Shown here: in pieces, positions 61,901 through 64,000 of the stretch
How positions within the stretch are numbered: the stretch's first letter is position 1
How the letters are laid out: the number at the start of each line of letters is the position of its first letter
Source of the DNA: Lingula anatina
Lineage: Eukaryota; Animalia; Brachiopoda
Assembly (NCBI GenBank): GCA_051362555.1
Contig: CM120640.1
Location: 52,368,788-52,432,787 of the forward strand
Direction of reading: 5' to 3'
Length of the DNA: 64,000 nucleotides
Translations under genes and position numbers: made by a program
The notes under the pieces: model-generated
What the model was told of the DNA's origin: nothing
Databases searched by the model: none
What the model saw: only the letters and a program-made list of their open reading frames with translations

Positions 61901-63580
61901 TTGTAACTAACGCACAGGTAGATTTTTACCTGAGATAACTGGAGTAAAGCTTAGATAGAGAGTGCGTTCGATACAAGCAAGACAAATTGAATGCCATTTA
62001 ACCCTCTAATTAAGAGGTAAAGGAAGTTCCAGTTAGATGGATGATTAAGATAGGACTTGTCAAGGTAACGGGCATTGTTTACCTCAGTTTAATAAAAGTA
62101 TGCAAGACGGAGTGTCAGCGGTTTAATAAAATAAATTAAATTTCACAAATAACATGGACCTCATATGCAATAATCAACTCATTCAAATGCAGTGTTTTAT
62201 ACAACTTGGGATAACCATAATGAAATGCTTGTTAAAGAAATGACTAGACGGGAAATGGTTTTACACAGCTTCACGAGGATTTAGACCCCTCGGGTAAGAG
62301 ATTTGAATGAGTATAAACTTTTATCAGAAGCCAGAGAAGTCATCTTACAGGTAGACAATGCAGCTCAGTTTGACAGCTAAGCACGCTCTGTTCTCCAGTG
62401 GCTCGATTGTCGTCATTGGACCACGTGACCACGTGGCTCATTAACTCCCAGGCCGAGCAAATAGGACGTTTTTTAAAGCTAAAAATTTACAAAATGAGCT
62501 TTTAATTTGTGTATTTGGATTTAGATATCGTTAGTTGGGCATGTTTTCTGAAGAATATGTTCCGTTCAGGCCATTCTGACGGCATGAAGCAAACCCTTTA
62601 AAGTTGTCAAGGACACCAGATGAATATAATGCAATAGTCTTCCAATCCTGTCAGCATACTCACTGGAGTTTTGATGTAAGTGTGAGTATCAGGGAAAGGT
62701 GGAAGGTAGTCTGGGATGTGACTCAGGTGGTCCTTTTTACTCCCCACCTGTAGAGATCTAGGGGTGTTACTGGCTGGAGTGTGGCTGGCTGAAAAGTTAG
62801 AGGAGGATCGATGGTGCACTTTAAATTTTGTATTCAACATTGAATTTTAGGAAGAGATTGCTTTGAATAAAAAAAGAGCCGCAACTGTGTTTCAACTAGA
62901 AACTTTGTTTTTCAAAGTGTCAGGGTATAAGTTACTATCTAAGAAAATATCTTAGATAAACATACTTATGTGTAGCATCATCAGATCACTCAATGGTTTA
63001 TATAAACAAGTAATGATCACAATAAGGAAACAATGCTATATTTACTCTTTAACATTTCAGTTACATCCATTCAAAGATCATCTAAAATACTGTCAAGTCA
63101 ATATTGTTAGAATGAAAAAAAGACGACCTTTCTTTCAATTAAACTGCAAAGTGCATAGAAATGCAGGATTATGGCACACAAAGTGCAATACTCACGTGGT
63201 AGAAGTACTGTTGCATTCGGTCTTTTGGCATAGGCTTTTATGGACTCAACATTTAAGCCTGGAAATAACAACACTGAGCGTATAAAACTGAAATGAATAA
63301 AATTCTAAATGCTGTATATGTTGCTTTTTTTTTCTTTAGTACTTTACAAAAGCAATGTTCAAAAAACAACTCACAGATGTTTATTTAAGAAAGTGGCATA
63401 CGTAACATGTCAAATATTTTATAGTGGAGCACTTGCATTACTGGATTTTTTCAGTTTCATTTTATATTAAAATCATCTTACCAAGATCCACCATAGACAT
63501 GACACAGTCTGCCACCATGACATCAGTTCTTCCTGAGAGCTCTGCATATGACCGAGACGTACGTCCTAACTCACTCAACA
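58669..63580 (-). CDS. TAF8: TFIID subunit 8, 3' part (five exons; 5' exons lie beyond the right edge)
   Basis: Exons: 63482-63580 (LSELGRTSRSYAELSGRTDVMVADCVMSMVDL), 63196-63258 (LNVESIKAYAKRP), 62664-62788 (HIPDYLPPFPDTHTYIKTP), 59245-59392 (YQVIREKAASQKRDVERALTRFIAKTGETHSLFKDD), 58669-58976 (PYLDALLP...IDNPFLRPVK...stop). All phases are compatible. A GTAAGT donor sits at 64000-63995 on the - strand. Confidence 0.95.
59245..59392 (-). CDS. TAF8: TAF8 exon (TAF8 C-terminal domain)
   Basis: 148 nt; SHMQPPNEYQVIREKAASQKRDVERALTRFIAKTGETHSLFKDDTSAFP|gtaagt. Confidence 0.94.
60133..62597. mobile_element. Kolobok-like non-autonomous DNA transposon in a TAF8 intron
   Basis: TTAA on both sides (60129-60132 and 62598-62601); AGG...CCT termini with an imperfect 15-bp TIR ending TTCATG; mirrored subterminal motifs GGTCACGTGGT, TGACGACAATC and AACTGAGCTGCAT; CpG richer than the flanks. 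Confidence 0.72.
62664..62788 (-). CDS. TAF8: TAF8 exon (proline-rich region)
   Basis: 125 nt; ends HIPDYLPPFPDTHTYIKTP|gtgagt. Confidence 0.93.
63196..63258 (-). CDS. TAF8: TAF8 exon
   Basis: 63 nt; (G)LNVESIKAYAKRPNATVLLP|gtgagt. Confidence 0.9.
63482..63580 (-). CDS. TAF8: TAF8 exon (histone-fold region)
   Basis: 99 nt with AG/GT boundaries, phase 1-1. Confidence 0.92.
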
Positions 63581-64000
63581 CTGGAAAGAAAGACATGCCC
63601 ATTGCTATTGGTTAAAATATTGCCATGTTACTGAACTGTGAACACTTGATTTTTGTATTGTCATGTAAAGATAAAATTGGGGAAGAGTCAGAGTCAGGGT
63701 GTCCGTCACTTTGATTATCTGTGTCATTGTAAAACATTATTGGGTTCGCACCTGCAGAATGTTCAGTGGTCACTTCACTGCACTTACTACTAATACTGCT
63801 ACTTAGTCATTTATCTAATCTTGACTCGAGCCAAGGCTCCCACTTGTGCCAAGAACCACTGTACAGAGGCTTCTTGTGCCCTAATCCAACCTACAAGGCT
63901 TGTGGTACTGGTAAGTTAGTAGTGGTAGGAATGCTACATTAACTACAAAGCCAAAGGCACGACCCAGTATATAGTATACATAGTAATTATCAAAACTTAC

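Noticed and set aside
1-64000. tRNA, rRNA or other structured RNA genes; prokaryotic operons or defence systems
   Set aside because: None was recognisable by eye and the genes are spliceosomal. A covariance-model scan would be needed to exclude small ncRNAs.

Overview
This is AT-rich eukaryotic (invertebrate, probably mollusc or other lophotrochozoan) genomic DNA, so the short ORFs are exons, transposon remnants or noise. I read three genes by hand. (1) The first coding exon of an ephrin on the - strand (10464-10636), with its intron running off the left edge. (2) Head-to-head with it, a complete leprecan/prolyl 3-hydroxylase (P3H) gene on the + strand (11211-56224, 17 exon positions, about 943-946 aa, ending HNEL). 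(3) The last five coding exons of TAF8 on the - strand (58669-63580), convergent with P3H. The main surprise is that the P3H encodes two tandem, apparently intact 2OG/Fe(II) dioxygenase domains. The second domain also has a duplicated, probably mutually exclusive exon pair (48237-48332 and 48902-49006). Introns carry a Sola2-like transposon relic, two MITEs (one inserted into a 34-bp minisatellite), a Helentron-type element with about 17 x 146-bp repeats, and a Kolobok-like element. All calls come from manual reading; no database searches were run.
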